DNA of 63,951 bases, counting the filler, from an uncultured bacterium (GTDB taxonomy: Bacteria > Latescibacterota > UBA2968): NCBI GenBank assembly GCA_964471275.1. It is 4 parts of 4 records of this genome, joined end to end, with 100 filler letters (N's around TTAATTAATTAA, not from the genome) between each part and the next. Parts side by side here need not be neighbours in the genome. Positions count along the whole stretch, not along the records: positions 35,275 to 52,688 come from CAYYGZ010000081.1; 3 more parts are not named here. The stretch is one strand, 5' to 3'. Both the position numbers and the translations under genes were made by a program. The notes under the pieces were generated by a model, which saw nothing but the letters and a program-made list of their open reading frames with translations, made no database searches and was not told the DNA's origin. Of the stretch, positions 39,032-49,235 are shown piece after piece; positions within the stretch are counted from its first letter, which is position 1; every line of letters starts with the position of its first letter.

Positions 39032-40713
39032 TCAGAATTCTTTGGCTTTATCCACCCCGGGACATCGCCATTCATCAAGGGCCACTGTCCGTGGTCGCGA
39101 TCGACCGGGTGGCCGTTGACGGAGACAATAATCCATTCACCCTTTTCTGCGTTGACGTCGTAGGCGATTGAGCGATCGTCCGGCCAGGAGAAGCTCTCTG
39201 CGAGGTCGTGGGCGTCTGGATTCCGGGCGGCAACCGCATCGAGCAGAGCCTTCGATTCTCCCTCGGTAAACAGACAGAACAGTCCCAGATTCTCCGACGA
39301 GTGCACGACAATACGGATGTCGCCTCTCTGATAGACCTGCCAGATGCCGTTCGTGTTTCGTGGCTCCCACCCATCGGGTATGTGAACGGGACCGGCCGAT
39401 ACGGCGAAGTTGCGGTGCACGCCCGTGTTGTTCCATCCCCGATACTTGTCTCCCGGGCCGGCCACGCGGATCAGATTTTTCAGATCGGCTGCCCCGTCAT
39501 CGAGGATCAAGGTGGTCGCTCGTGCCACGCCCTGATCGAAGCGGTCGTTCTGGACACCGCCCGCTGAGATCAGGTAGCCAGGCCCACCCGAGTAGATCTC
39601 CGGTGAACCGTCATCCCCGTGTCCCATCTGAACGAAGTAGTGTGCCTGTTTTTCCATCACCCACTCGGCGACGGTGTCCGGCAGCCTATAGTCGGTGAGA
39701 CCGACCCAGATTGCCTGATGGTCCCCCTTTCGAACGAAGAGACCGTCGACGCCGCCGAGACTCATCCAGGCCTTCATCAGGCCTGTCTGGTAGTCACCAT
39801 CCAGATCGGTGTCGCTCGCGTGACTGTTCCGTCGACGGAAGGGCGGAAAGCGACGGAGCGAGAGGCTGCTCAGTGCGTAATGCCAGTTGGTGCGATCAAG
39901 GAGACCACGAGCGAACGTGCGAACTTTCGGCGAAGTGAAGGCTTCGATGTTCATCAGAGCAGTCAGCGTGTAGCCCTGGTAAGGACGTGAATTGTACTCG
40001 TGGTAGCCAGCGCGCTCGATTTCACCGAGGTATTCGAGCAGGTAGTCCTCGAGCCCGTTCGTGACGTTATCGTATTTCGGGTTCGTGTCACCGTGCAGGG
40101 CTTTCCACCTGTTCTTGAGGTATCGCGATCCTTCGGTCATCAGGATATGGTTCTCGGTGTCCCGGAGCGGAAAACCAAGCACCCTGGGTGTCCAGACCGT
40201 GGGCTCACCCCCTTCCTCCGTCATCAGGACGTTTACGATGTGGTCGACGGTTTCCGGATACAGAACCTCGGGGTCGTCGCCGAAGCTGTAGAGAAGGAGA
40301 CAGAGCGTGGTCAGAGTGAAGTCGTAATCGCCATCCTTGTGGATCGGTCCCTTCGAGCCGATCGTGCCCCTCACTTTGCGTTCCTGAAGGTATTGATTCA
40401 CAAACTCGATATCCTCCCCGATCGCCAGCTTACAGACGAGAACACGTGGGATTCTCATCTTGCCTTGCCGCTTCCAGTCACTGATCTCACGCTGGGACCA
40501 GTTTTGTAGGATCGAGTCTGTCACCGTCGATCGTTCCGCCCAGGCTCGTGTTCTTTCGGTCGGGTATCTAATGTTGCCGGTGTTCAAATCCACGGACCCG
40601 TGGTTGGTTACACTGGAGGTCGCAAAGAGGTGGTATAGATAACCGTAGCAGCCCAACAGAATCAGGACGATCACGGCGGCGATTCGCCAAAGCCACTTGA
40701 GGAATGTGTTCAT
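39028..40713 (-). CDS. Membrane-anchored/exported hypothetical protein, possibly with a polysaccharide-lyase-like alpha-barrel
   Basis: Single N-terminal TM, TENH and G..EYNS..Y motifs, about 560 aa, coding-like composition. Confidence 0.7.
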   Translation of the reverse strand: MNTFLKWLWRIAAVIVLILLGCYGYLYHLFATSSVTNHGSVDLNTGNIRYPTERTRAWAERSTVTDSILQNWSQREISDWKRQGKMRIPRVLVCKLAIGEDIEFVNQYLQERKVRGTIGSKGPIHKDGDYDFTLTTLCLLLYSFGDDPEVLYPETVDHIVNVLMTEEGGEPTVWTPRVLGFPLRDTENHILMTEGSRYLKNRWKALHGDTNPKYDNVTNGLEDYLLEYLGEIERAGYHEYNSRPYQGYTLTALMNIEAFTSPKVRTFARGLLDRTNWHYALSSLSLRRFPPFRRRNSHASDTDLDGDYQTGLMKAWMSLGGVDGLFVRKGDHQAIWVGLTDYRLPDTVAEWVMEKQAHYFVQMGHGDDGSPEIYSGGPGYLISAGGVQNDRFDQGVARATTLILDDGAADLKNLIRVAGPGDKYRGWNNTGVHRNFAVSAGPVHIPDGWEPRNTNGIWQVYQRGDIRIVVHSSENLGLFCLFTEGESKALLDAVAARNPDAHDLAESFSWPDDRSIAYDVNAEKGEWIIVSVNGHPVDRDHGQWPLMNGDVPGWIKPKNSE

Positions 40714-40813
40714 ATAAAGGCCATTTCTGGAGAGAGGGCAGAGGGCAAAGCGCACAGCGCGTCGAGGTCCTCGCCTCTGCGCCCTTGCACCCCGCGGCAA
40801 TAACGGGTCTCCA

Positions 40814-41533
40814 CTACTCCGGTTTACCCGTCATTGGGACGAAGCGGACGGCGAGTGTGCGTTTTTCGATGATGCCCCTCGGCGTGCGTGTGATGACGAC
40901 CATTTCTTGGCGATCGGTGCCGACGGGGATGATCATCCGGCCGCCAAGAGCGAGTTGATCTACCAGTGCCTGCGGGATTTCGTCGGGTGCGGCTGTCACG
41001 ACGATGGCGTCGAAGGGCGCCTCCTCCGGCCATCCCAAATATCCGTTTCCTGTTCTGACCCGAATGGTCTCGTAGCCCAGCTGTGGTAGGCGATTACGAG
41101 CCTGCTCCGCCAACTCCGGCAAGATTTCGATCGAGTAGACACGATCAGTCATCTCGGCCAGAACCGCTGCCTGGTATCCGGATCCCGTCCCGATCTCGAG
41201 AACCTTGTCATCCGGTGACAGATCGGCTACATCCGTCATGTAAGCCACAATGAAGGGCGACGAGATGGTCTGGTCGAGCCCGATCGGGAGCGGTCGAATC
41301 TCGTAGCTGAGTCTGCGGAATCGGAAAGGTACAAACTCGTGTCGTGGGACAGATCGCATTGCGAGGTGCACGCCCGGATTCCGAATACCACGAGCCTTCA
41401 GTTTGGCGACCATCGTGTCCCGCGCGGCCTGGAATGGTGCCATCAGCTCGAGGCCATCATCTGCTTCAGGAGATACAGAAGGGCCGCAAGCCGCAACCAA
41501 AAGTAGAAGGGCTGTCACCGCTTTCGTATACAT
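40814..41533 (-). CDS. pcm: Protein-L-isoaspartate O-methyltransferase with lipoprotein-like N-terminus
   Basis: VPRHEFVP, QTISSP, VLEIGTGSGYQAAVLA, APFDAIVVTAA, GGRMIIPVG, VRFVPM. Confidence 0.93.
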   Translation of the reverse strand: MYTKAVTALLLLVAACGPSVSPEADDGLELMAPFQAARDTMVAKLKARGIRNPGVHLAMRSVPRHEFVPFRFRRLSYEIRPLPIGLDQTISSPFIVAYMTDVADLSPDDKVLEIGTGSGYQAAVLAEMTDRVYSIEILPELAEQARNRLPQLGYETIRVRTGNGYLGWPEEAPFDAIVVTAAPDEIPQALVDQLALGGRMIIPVGTDRQEMVVITRTPRGIIEKRTLAVRFVPMTGKPE

Positions 41534-41849
41534 AACAAACCGCCGACGGTTGATGTGGGATCCGGCATTCCTGACATTACGGCCCACACGCAACCTACTC
41601 CAGAATCGGGTCTGAGGTGAGTGAAAAACGGGCAGGCGAAGTCAGGTGCGAGAGCAGAAGAAGTAGGCACGTTGCGTCGGCGGTTCTGCGTCCGGGTCGG
41701 TCTGGTGGGAGTGGAAAGTTGCAGCGTAATCCCAGGCAATGAGGTCGTATGCGTGGTGGATGACAGCGGATGTATACACGGTGGTCGAGGCAGATGGGTG
41801 TCGGGGGTGGGGGATCGGCACACGCGTGCCAAGTACTTACGCTCCCGGG

Positions 41850-42710
41850 CTACTCCTTCTCGGGTGTTCGATTCTCCTGAAGGACGTCGACGAGTCTGTC
41901 CGGATGGTCGGTTATGATGCCGTCGACATCCATAGCGATGAGTCGGCGCATCTCGTCGGGGTCGTTGATTGTCCAGGGGTGGACTTCCAGCCCTTTGCTA
42001 TGCGCGGCATCGACGAAAGTTGGGTCGACGACGGTGATGGGACCGAAATGGACGGGAACCTGAAACGCAGAGAAGGATGGCGTGTACAGGAATGTCAGGT
42101 GCAGTTTGCTCAGGATGAGGAAGCGGCTGATCTCGGCCTTTCCGGCTGAGGTGGGGACGCCCGGGCAGTGCTTTCGGAACCTTCGGAGCGCGCCCTGGTG
42201 GAAAGAGGCAATAAGGACCCGATCCCCCGCGTTGTGTTCCCGGATCAGGTCACACAGGCCATCGATTAGCTCAGCCGAATTTTCCTTGATGTCTATGTTG
42301 AACCGTGCGTCAGGAAACTGAGTAAGCACCTCGTTCAACGTGGGGATGGTGTGACTGGCTCCTCGGTATGGATACGTTCCGTCGAGTGACCATCGGTAGC
42401 CCGCGTCCAGTGCTTGGAGCTCTGCCAGCGTGAGGGATCTCACCTCACCGCGACCATCCGTCGTCCTGTCGACGCGCTCGTCGTGGTTGACGACGACGAC
42501 ATTGTCCTTTGTCCTCCAGATATCGATTTCGAGAACGTCGACCCCTGATTCCAGTGCGTTGCGGTATCCGTAGATGGTATTTTCGGGCCACAATCCCTTT
42601 CCCCCACGATGGGCCATGACGAGAATCTTGGTGTCTTGTTCTGCTTGCAGGATCGATGGCATCAATACGACCAAAAGAGGTATCAGACGGTTTGCCGCGC
42701 GCGTGACCAT
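41850..42710 (-). CDS. Glycerophosphodiester phosphodiesterase (exported)
   Basis: AHRGG...PENT, EID, HD, RTT.G, IPTL.E, NIDIK, WTIND, GIITD.P. Signal peptide present. Confidence 0.93.
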   Translation of the reverse strand: MVTRAANRLIPLLVVLMPSILQAEQDTKILVMAHRGGKGLWPENTIYGYRNALESGVDVLEIDIWRTKDNVVVVNHDERVDRTTDGRGEVRSLTLAELQALDAGYRWSLDGTYPYRGASHTIPTLNEVLTQFPDARFNIDIKENSAELIDGLCDLIREHNAGDRVLIASFHQGALRRFRKHCPGVPTSAGKAEISRFLILSKLHLTFLYTPSFSAFQVPVHFGPITVVDPTFVDAAHSKGLEVHPWTINDPDEMRRLIAMDVDGIITDHPDRLVDVLQENRTPEKE

Positions 42711-42884
42711 AGTGACAGCAAGCTAAGCCGGAAGCCCAGACCTCACAAGCGATGTGCTGACTACGTATCTCTCCCGGCCACGCCGTGATCCGTTTGTCGA
42801 TCGGACCCCTCGCCAACAACCTTCGCACCTCGGTTCTCGGAGACAGAGCGTCAGGCGTTGCCCGGGAGGCGGACGCCGAATTAT

Positions 42885-43470
42885 CTACTCGTAACGGATA
42901 GTATCGATAGGATCCGTCTGGGCAGCGCGAATAGCGTGGTAGGAGACGGTCAGGAGGGCGATCAGCAAGGCACCAAGGCTGCCCCTAGAAAGATGAGAGG
43001 ATCGATCGCCGTGCGGTAGGCAAAGGACTCAAGCCAGCGCTGTGTGAAGGCATATGCGACGGGCCACACGATCAAATATCCGACGGCGACAAGCTTGACG
43101 AACTCCGCAGAGACGAGAACGAGTATGCTTTGCGAGGATGCGCCAAGCGTTTTCCGGATGCCGATTTCGCGAACACGCTTCTCGGCCGAAAGCGAGGCGA
43201 GACCGAATAGTCCAGGACAGGCGAGCAGAATGGCGAGAGCTGAGAATGTGCCGACGATCTGTCCGAAGCGTTGATCGTCCTCGTAGATTGCGGGAGGCTG
43301 GTCGGCCGCGCATAAATTCCTTCCACGTTTCCTCGATGAATGCAAGCGTTTCCGGTACATCTCGACCCGTGATCCGGAGACCCAGGTGATCGTAGAACCA
43401 AGGCCGGTACCCCATAACCGCGAGGCCGATCTTCTCGTGCAGGGGGGTGTAGTGAAAGTCGCCGATCACG
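42885..43470 (-). pseudogene. ABC (MacB/FtsX-like) permease 3' remnant, frameshifted
   Basis: DFHYTPLH, ACPGLFGL, REIGIRK.LGAS, WLESFAYR and DPIDTIRYE* spread over shifted frames. The 5' part is absent. Confidence 0.8.
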
Positions 43471-43537
43471 GCGATGACCGTGGCAAATGCAGGCGAGGAC
43501 TGGGACGGTGAAAAGCCAGCAGGGGAGTGACGAGTGC

Positions 43538-43882
43538 TCAGGCGGTTTGCTCGCCGTTCTCCCAGAGCGAACGGGTTCCCAGAAACTCCAGGAGCCCGAA
43601 ATCAGCGACAATCAGCGCGAGTCCTGCGATGAGCCAGAAACCTGGCATCGGGAGCGGAAGCAGGATCAGGAGACCGGCGCTGATGACGACCCAGAGCGCA
43701 TCCACGAACGCGAAGTATTTGACCTCGAAAAGACGGAGGCTGGGTCATTTTGCACTTAAAGCGATGTGGGCACCGAATCCGGCAACACCAAGACCAACAA
43801 ACAGGAGGATCGCTGGATGGAGAAAGCGGCGTTGATAATTAGGATCTAACGGAAAATGAAGGATGTGAATGGGAAATCTTAT
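43538..43882 (-). pseudogene. Small membrane protein remnant (start ATA, internal TGA)
   Basis: 115-codon hydrophobic frame with TGA at 43745-43747, preceded by an operator-like site. Confidence 0.55.
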
Positions 43883-43884
43883 AG

Positions 43885-43900
43885 TTGACTGGTTGGTAAA
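43885..43900. promoter_or_regulatory. Putative TetR operator (degenerate)
   Basis: TTGACTGGTTGGTAAA, in the same ATAGTTGAC context as the site before tetR. Confidence 0.5.
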
Positions 43901-43925
43901 CTAAAGAGCCTGATTGTCTGTAGAA

Positions 43926-44522
43926 CTAGACCGGCTTAAGGAATTGGATCGCATTCTGACCGAGTCTACGGATTACCTCCGGGTCACGCCGGGCCTTCGC
44001 GACAAGCAGGATGCCCTCATAGAATGCCCACAGGCTCTCGGCTGACTGCTCAGGATCCTGTGTTTCGATGTCTCCTCTCCGGGCCGCATCCTCGATGGCC
44101 TGACGGAGAAACGAGGTCGCATCAGAGAACACGATGCTGACCTTCTCGGAGATGGCATCATTTTGAGCTGCCAACTCGAGTGCAGCATTGCCGAAGGGAC
44201 ATCCCCAGATCCCGGTGCCGTCATCCTGCGCCTGCTTGAAGTAGAAGTAAGCCATCTGGAAGAATCGGCGTATCCGGTCTAGAGGAGCGACATCCTCGCC
44301 AAAGGCCAGCCGCCAATACTGGTTTCTGGCTTCAGACCAGTGCTTGTCGAGCGCAGCAGCGGCCAAATCGCCTTTGGATTTGAAGAAGTGGTAGAAGCTT
44401 CCTTTCTGGACGCCGGCGGTGGCGCAGATCTCCTGGACGCCGACGTCGTTAAATCCTCGGGCGTGCATAAGCTTTGCGGCGGTGTCCACCAGCCGCTCTT
44501 TGGTGTCACTTGATCGTTCCAT
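43926..44522 (-). CDS. TetR/AcrR family regulator (NemR/LmrA-like)
   Basis: HTH GF..VGVQEIC..AGVQKGSFYHFFKSK and GCPFGN motif. Confidence 0.93.
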   Translation of the reverse strand: MERSSDTKERLVDTAAKLMHARGFNDVGVQEICATAGVQKGSFYHFFKSKGDLAAAALDKHWSEARNQYWRLAFGEDVAPLDRIRRFFQMAYFYFKQAQDDGTGIWGCPFGNAALELAAQNDAISEKVSIVFSDATSFLRQAIEDAARRGDIETQDPEQSAESLWAFYEGILLVAKARRDPEVIRRLGQNAIQFLKPV

Positions 44523-44524
44523 AG

Positions 44525-44568
44525 TTGACCGTTCGGTTTAATATTAGAAATTTTGAGGCCTGTGTCAA
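44525..44568 (-). promoter_or_regulatory. tetR promoter with overlapping operator
   Basis: Minus-strand TTGACA (44568-44563) and TAATAT (44546-44541). Operator-like TTGACCGTTCGGTTTA at 44525-44540, directly before the ATG. Confidence 0.6.
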
Positions 44569-44750
44569 GTCTGAGTCGCTGGAAAAAGGAATGGAACCAT
44601 ACCAAGGCTCCGCTCGGTGCAGGCTTCAGACACGGTGGGAAACACCTTGGGTCTGAGGGTTACAGTAAACTAACTGATGACCAGGCGGAATCCGGGCCCT
44701 TTGCTGAGGTGGTGCTGCTTACCCTGAGTGTCGCGGATACTCTCAGAAAC

Positions 44751-44770
44751 ACTAGACCGATAGGTCAAGT
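44751..44770. promoter_or_regulatory. Putative TetR operator, near-perfect inverted repeat
   Basis: ACTAGACCGATAGGTCAAGT, matching the TAGACC-N4-GGTCTA type box. Confidence 0.6.
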
Positions 44771-44824
44771 ATAACGTTTCATCTTTGTGTTGATCGCATC
44801 TGCCAATTCAAATAGACTTGGGGC

Positions 44825-45688
44825 ATGGCAAAGCACGCGTTCTCAATCGATGTCGAGGAGTGGTTTCACGGGATCGAGCTGCCCCAATCTGAGTGGGAGG
44901 GTAAGGCTTCCCGGATCGAGCGGGGAATGGCGACGGTTCTGAAGCTGCTGGATGATGCGGGCCAGAAGGCGACTTTTTTTGTGCTGGGTGTGGTTGCCGA
45001 ATCACATCCAGAGATGGTTCGTGCCCTGAGCGAAGCGGGACACGAGGTCGCATCACACGGATACTGCCACGAAAAGCTCTATAGAGTGGACGCATCGACG
45101 TTCAGGTCCCAAGAATCGAAGACGAAGGTACTTCTGGAGGATTTGACCGGCCGGGCCGTCCAGGGTCACCGTGCGCCCTACTTCTCGATCACCCGGGATT
45201 CAGCGTGGGCCCTGCCCATCCTGAGTGAGCTGGGGTATCGATACGATTGTTCGATCTCACCCGTCGTTTCGTGGCGATACGGCATCGCGGGTGCACCCGA
45301 GGGTCTCTATCGGTTTGGGGATCTGGATTTGATCGAGTACACCGTGTCGTCCTGGTCGTTTCTGGGTCGGCGGCTGGCGGCCGGGGGTGCCTACTTCCGG
45401 ATTTTCCCGTTTCAGTGGACGACTCGCCCTTTTGCGGCCCGCCAGGAGTCGCTCAATCCGGCTATGTTCTATGCACATCCGTGGGAGTACGACCCGGAAC
45501 ACCCGCGGATTCGGTTCGGGATCCGGGCGATGGCGACACACTATGCGAACCTGAAGTCGACCGTTCCCCGGACACGCCGACTGATAGGCACTTACCCCTT
45601 TGGCCGGGTGTGCGATGTAATCGACGACGCGCAGAGTGCGGATGCCCTTCCCACGATGGACTCCAGCGTTCTGACGGCAAATGGCTAA
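44825..45688 (+). CDS. Polysaccharide deacetylase (DUF3473 type)
   Basis: SIDVEEWF, KATFFVLG, HEVASHGY.H, RAP.FS, YD.S, GGAYFR, HPWEYDP. Confidence 0.9.
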   Translation: MAKHAFSIDVEEWFHGIELPQSEWEGKASRIERGMATVLKLLDDAGQKATFFVLGVVAESHPEMVRALSEAGHEVASHGYCHEKLYRVDASTFRSQESKTKVLLEDLTGRAVQGHRAPYFSITRDSAWALPILSELGYRYDCSISPVVSWRYGIAGAPEGLYRFGDLDLIEYTVSSWSFLGRRLAAGGAYFRIFPFQWTTRPFAARQESLNPAMFYAHPWEYDPEHPRIRFGIRAMATHYANLKSTVPRTRRLIGTYPFGRVCDVIDDAQSADALPTMDSSVLTANG

Positions 45689-46826
45689 TCGGCCGAAAAT
45701 CCTTCACACGATGACGTGGTTGGCACCCGGGGGCGGAGTCGATCGCAATGTCTTCCTTACGATCAGAGACCTGGCCGACCGATATGAGCTTCATCTGGCG
45801 GTGGGTCGTGAGATTCATCACAACATCTTCGAAAGCATCCCTGGACTGACCGTTCACGTCTGCCCGTTTCTGGAGAGAAGCCTCCATCCGCTGAAGGATC
45901 TTCGGTCGCTCTTCTGGTTCGTGGGCCTGATGCGGCGAGAGCAATACGCGATTGTCCATACGCACGAGACGAAGGCCAGTCTGCTGGGTCGCGTCGCGGC
46001 GAGGATGGCGAAGGTTCCGTTCGTGATCTACGGATTGCACGGTGTGGCGTTCAACGATCCCGTGAGTAGGGTTCGCAGATGGATCTACCGGGTCGCTGAA
46101 TCGACAACAATCAAGGCCTCCGACATGATCGTTTCCGTGAGTCAGGATGCGATCGATCACTACCACGAGGCGGGTATCGGGAACGGCTTGCCGACCGAGG
46201 TGGTATACAGCGGAATCGAACTCGAGCACTTCGTCGGACGCGATCTCGATGCGCTGAGGACGGATACGCGATCGCGATACGGAATCGAGCCGGATGACGT
46301 GGTCTATGTCAACGTGGGTCGGTTCTCGGAGGCGAAGGCGCAGAGGTTCACGATCGAGGCATTCGCGCGAGTGTGCGCGGACAACGAGAATGCGAAGTTG
46401 ATGCTCGTCGGTGAGGGTCCCGTCAGATCTGCGTGCGAAGCACAGTGCCGGGAATCCGGGATCGCTGATCGGGTCGTGTTTACGGGTTTTCAGGACGACG
46501 TTGTGCCGATGTTCGCAGCTGCCGATATTCACGTTCTGACGTCTCTGCGTGAGGGTCTGCCAAGGGTCGTCGTGGAAGCTTCGCTCTGCGAGATACCCAC
46601 CGTGTCATTCGAAGTTGAAGGTGTACGCGAAGTGATTGATCATGGGACTTCAGGATATGTCGTAGCCCCCAGAGATGTGGGAGGACTGGTCGAAGAGATG
46701 AGTCGTCTTGCGGCTTCACCGGACCATCGAAAACGGATTTCGGCAAGAGCCTTCGAGCACGCGAGGAAGTGGGATCACCGGAAAATGGTGGTGGATCTGG
46801 ATCGGATCTACAGGAGCGTTCTGTGA
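45681..46826 (+). CDS. Glycosyltransferase family 4
   Basis: VHTH..KA, NVGR....K, EGLPRVVVEA. Confidence 0.9.
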   Translation: MANRPKILHTMTWLAPGGGVDRNVFLTIRDLADRYELHLAVGREIHHNIFESIPGLTVHVCPFLERSLHPLKDLRSLFWFVGLMRREQYAIVHTHETKASLLGRVAARMAKVPFVIYGLHGVAFNDPVSRVRRWIYRVAESTTIKASDMIVSVSQDAIDHYHEAGIGNGLPTEVVYSGIELEHFVGRDLDALRTDTRSRYGIEPDDVVYVNVGRFSEAKAQRFTIEAFARVCADNENAKLMLVGEGPVRSACEAQCRESGIADRVVFTGFQDDVVPMFAAADIHVLTSLREGLPRVVVEASLCEIPTVSFEVEGVREVIDHGTSGYVVAPRDVGGLVEEMSRLAASPDHRKRISARAFEHARKWDHRKMVVDLDRIYRSVL

Positions 46827-47479
46827 GCGAGCAGGAAGGAGCAACCAGAGCCGTCGGTGCGTTTTTTGACGGGTATGCTGCAGATTTTGACGCGATCTAC
46901 GGACATACAGACCAGCGCGGCCCGATTGGTCGGTGGATCGACCGTCGGTTCAGACAGGTGATGGTTCGACGGTTCGAAGAGGTGCTGAGACACGTTCGCG
47001 AGAACGAGATCAGCAGCATTCTGGACGTCGGCTGTGGACCTGGGCGATACGTGGCCTCGCTCGCAGACGCGGGTCTGACGGTGACGGGTGTCGATCTGGC
47101 TGAGGGAATGATCGAACAGGCAAGAGAGGTCGTGGGAGCGCGTGAGGGTGTCGAATTGCGGGTTGGTGATTACCTGGAGAGCACGTTCGACGAGCAATTC
47201 GATGCGGCGTGTTTGATGGGGTTCTTCGATTATATTCCGGACCCGGCCGCCGTGATCGAGAAGCTCAAATCCGACGTGCGGAAGGAGTTTTACGGGAGCT
47301 TCCCGAAGGTAAAGGATCCGCTGGCCTTTCAGCGACGAGTGAGGTATCGACTGCGGGGGTGTCCTCTCTATATGTATGAGCTGCAGGATGTGGAACGGCT
47401 GATGGAGGCGTGCGGGATCTGCGATTACGAAATCAAAGATCTGGGACGGGATCTGTTTGTGAGAGTAGTTCTGGAGTAG
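46823..47479 (+). CDS. Class I SAM-dependent methyltransferase
   Basis: ILDVGCGPG, GVDLAEGM. GTGA overlap with the GT4 stop. Confidence 0.88.
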   Translation: MSEQEGATRAVGAFFDGYAADFDAIYGHTDQRGPIGRWIDRRFRQVMVRRFEEVLRHVRENEISSILDVGCGPGRYVASLADAGLTVTGVDLAEGMIEQAREVVGAREGVELRVGDYLESTFDEQFDAACLMGFFDYIPDPAAVIEKLKSDVRKEFYGSFPKVKDPLAFQRRVRYRLRGCPLYMYELQDVERLMEACGICDYEIKDLGRDLFVRVVLE

Positions 47480-47499
47480 AGTCGGCTCGAGGATCCATT

Positions 47500-48138
47500 C
47501 TGTCTACACCCAGCAACATCATCCCCACCCAGATGAAGGACGTCGATCTCTACGCGGCACTGTCGATGAACCAGGTGCAAGAGATCTATGCCAGCAAGGG
47601 AGGATCGCGCATGCAGTTGGTGCGTTTTGTTACTCAGGGCGACCCGGTCCCGGAAGTGGTGTATGACGAGGCCGATTGTCGGGGCAACCACGTCCAGTAC
47701 ATCTCAATCGACACGAATATCCTTCACACCTCCCGTGATTTTGCACCCAACTTCTGGAGCGGCTCGGATCAGGTTCGCAACCGCGTCTGGTTGTGGCACA
47801 TCGACGAGAAGCGGTTGGTGGAACAGCCCTCTCCCTCAGGGCGCACCTTCCAGGTTCACTCGGTCTGGTCCTTCGACGGGGAGGGAGTGCTCTATCACTG
47901 CTCGCCGAGCCGGACCGATCCAGGGGGATATGTGATTGGGATCAACGATCTCGACGGTAACATCAACCATGATCTGATCCTGTGGCTCCGCTACCATGAC
48001 CCAGCCACCCCGCGCATAGAGGTGGTCTGTCGGCACGACACCGACTGGGGTGGACACGCAGGACAGTATTCGCACCCGCATCCTCAATGTGCGCCAACCG
48101 GGGACACAGTGACGTATTTGTCGTCGAGGTGTGAGTAA
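47500..48138 (+). pseudogene. Oligogalacturonate-lyase-like beta-propeller remnant
   Basis: NHVQY, RVW, H..WSFDG and HPHP..P.G..V.Y.S motifs, but too short, with no clear start and apparent internal deletions. Confidence 0.55.
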
Positions 48139-48182
48139 GACGCAATCCTCGTTTTCGAAAGTAACCAAGATTGGAGTGCCCG

Positions 48183-49151
48183 ATGAATAGACGAGACAGC
48201 GTGTTGAGTCTTCTGGAGGAAGAGGGAGAACAAGCCCACGTGCCGGCGGGGTTCTTTATCCACTTCAATAAGACCTGCCACAGCGGTCAGGCGGCTATCG
48301 ACAAGCACCTGGAGTTCTACCGGCACACGGGAATGGATTTCGTGAAAATCCAGTATGAGACGCCCTTTCCCCCCAGATTGGAGATTGAGAGACCCGAGGA
48401 CTGGGGGAAGATGCCGTTCTACGGCAAGGATTTCTACGAGAATCAGCTGCATATCGTGGAGGGACTGGTCAAGGAGGCAAAGAAGGGCGCGCTGGTGATC
48501 GTGACGACCTACTCACCCTTCATGTGTGCGGGGCAGACGGTTCGACATACACCGGATGCGGGGCAAACTCTGATTGACGAGCATATCAGGGAGAATCCCG
48601 AGAAGGTGAAGAAGGGCATGGAGGTGATCACCGAGAGTCTCATGTTGTTTGTCAAGGCGTGTATCGAGTTAGGCGTCGATGGTTTCTATGCCTCTACGCA
48701 GGGAGGCGAAAGCCACAGATTTGAAAACACCGAGCTGTTCAACACGTGTATCAAGCCCTTCGATCTTGCCCTGATGGAGGAGATGGACCGATCCTGCCCG
48801 TTCAACATCCTGCACGTTTGCGATTTCTGGGATGAGTATGACAGCCTGGCTCCCTTCCTCGATTATCCGGGTGACGTCGTGAATTGCAGCCTGGAAGTAG
48901 GTTCTCAGAAGATCAGCGCAAGAGATATCAGCAAGATGTTCGGACGTCCCTACATGGGAGGACTCGATCGGAAAGGGATCATCGCGACCGGAACCGATGA
49001 TGAGATCGAGTCGGCGGTCGATGAGGTCCTGCAATCCGCTCCCGATCGCTTCATCCTGGGTGCTGACTGCACGCTGGCTGCGGATATCGATTGGGACAAC
49101 ATCAAGACGGCCATTTCTGCGGCACACGATCATCGGAGCTCCGCTTCGTGA
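48183..49151 (+). CDS. Uroporphyrinogen decarboxylase family protein
   Basis: MNRRD.V, DFVKI, YSPF, GVDGFY, ILHVC, MGGLD, FILGADCT. Confidence 0.85.
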   Translation: MNRRDSVLSLLEEEGEQAHVPAGFFIHFNKTCHSGQAAIDKHLEFYRHTGMDFVKIQYETPFPPRLEIERPEDWGKMPFYGKDFYENQLHIVEGLVKEAKKGALVIVTTYSPFMCAGQTVRHTPDAGQTLIDEHIRENPEKVKKGMEVITESLMLFVKACIELGVDGFYASTQGGESHRFENTELFNTCIKPFDLALMEEMDRSCPFNILHVCDFWDEYDSLAPFLDYPGDVVNCSLEVGSQKISARDISKMFGRPYMGGLDRKGIIATGTDDEIESAVDEVLQSAPDRFILGADCTLAADIDWDNIKTAISAAHDHRSSAS

Positions 49152-49235
49152 GCCACGTGACCAGATCCCTACGTGCCCTGTGCTCCGTGATCCAACGAGA
49201 TTATCCATCATCAGGGAGCCAACCTTCAAGAGACC

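Noticed and set aside
45462..46532. Long antisense ORFs (this one, 59140-60129, 54690-55571 and others)
   Set aside because: They are shadows of well-supported genes on the opposite strand in GC-rich DNA, with no recognisable motifs.
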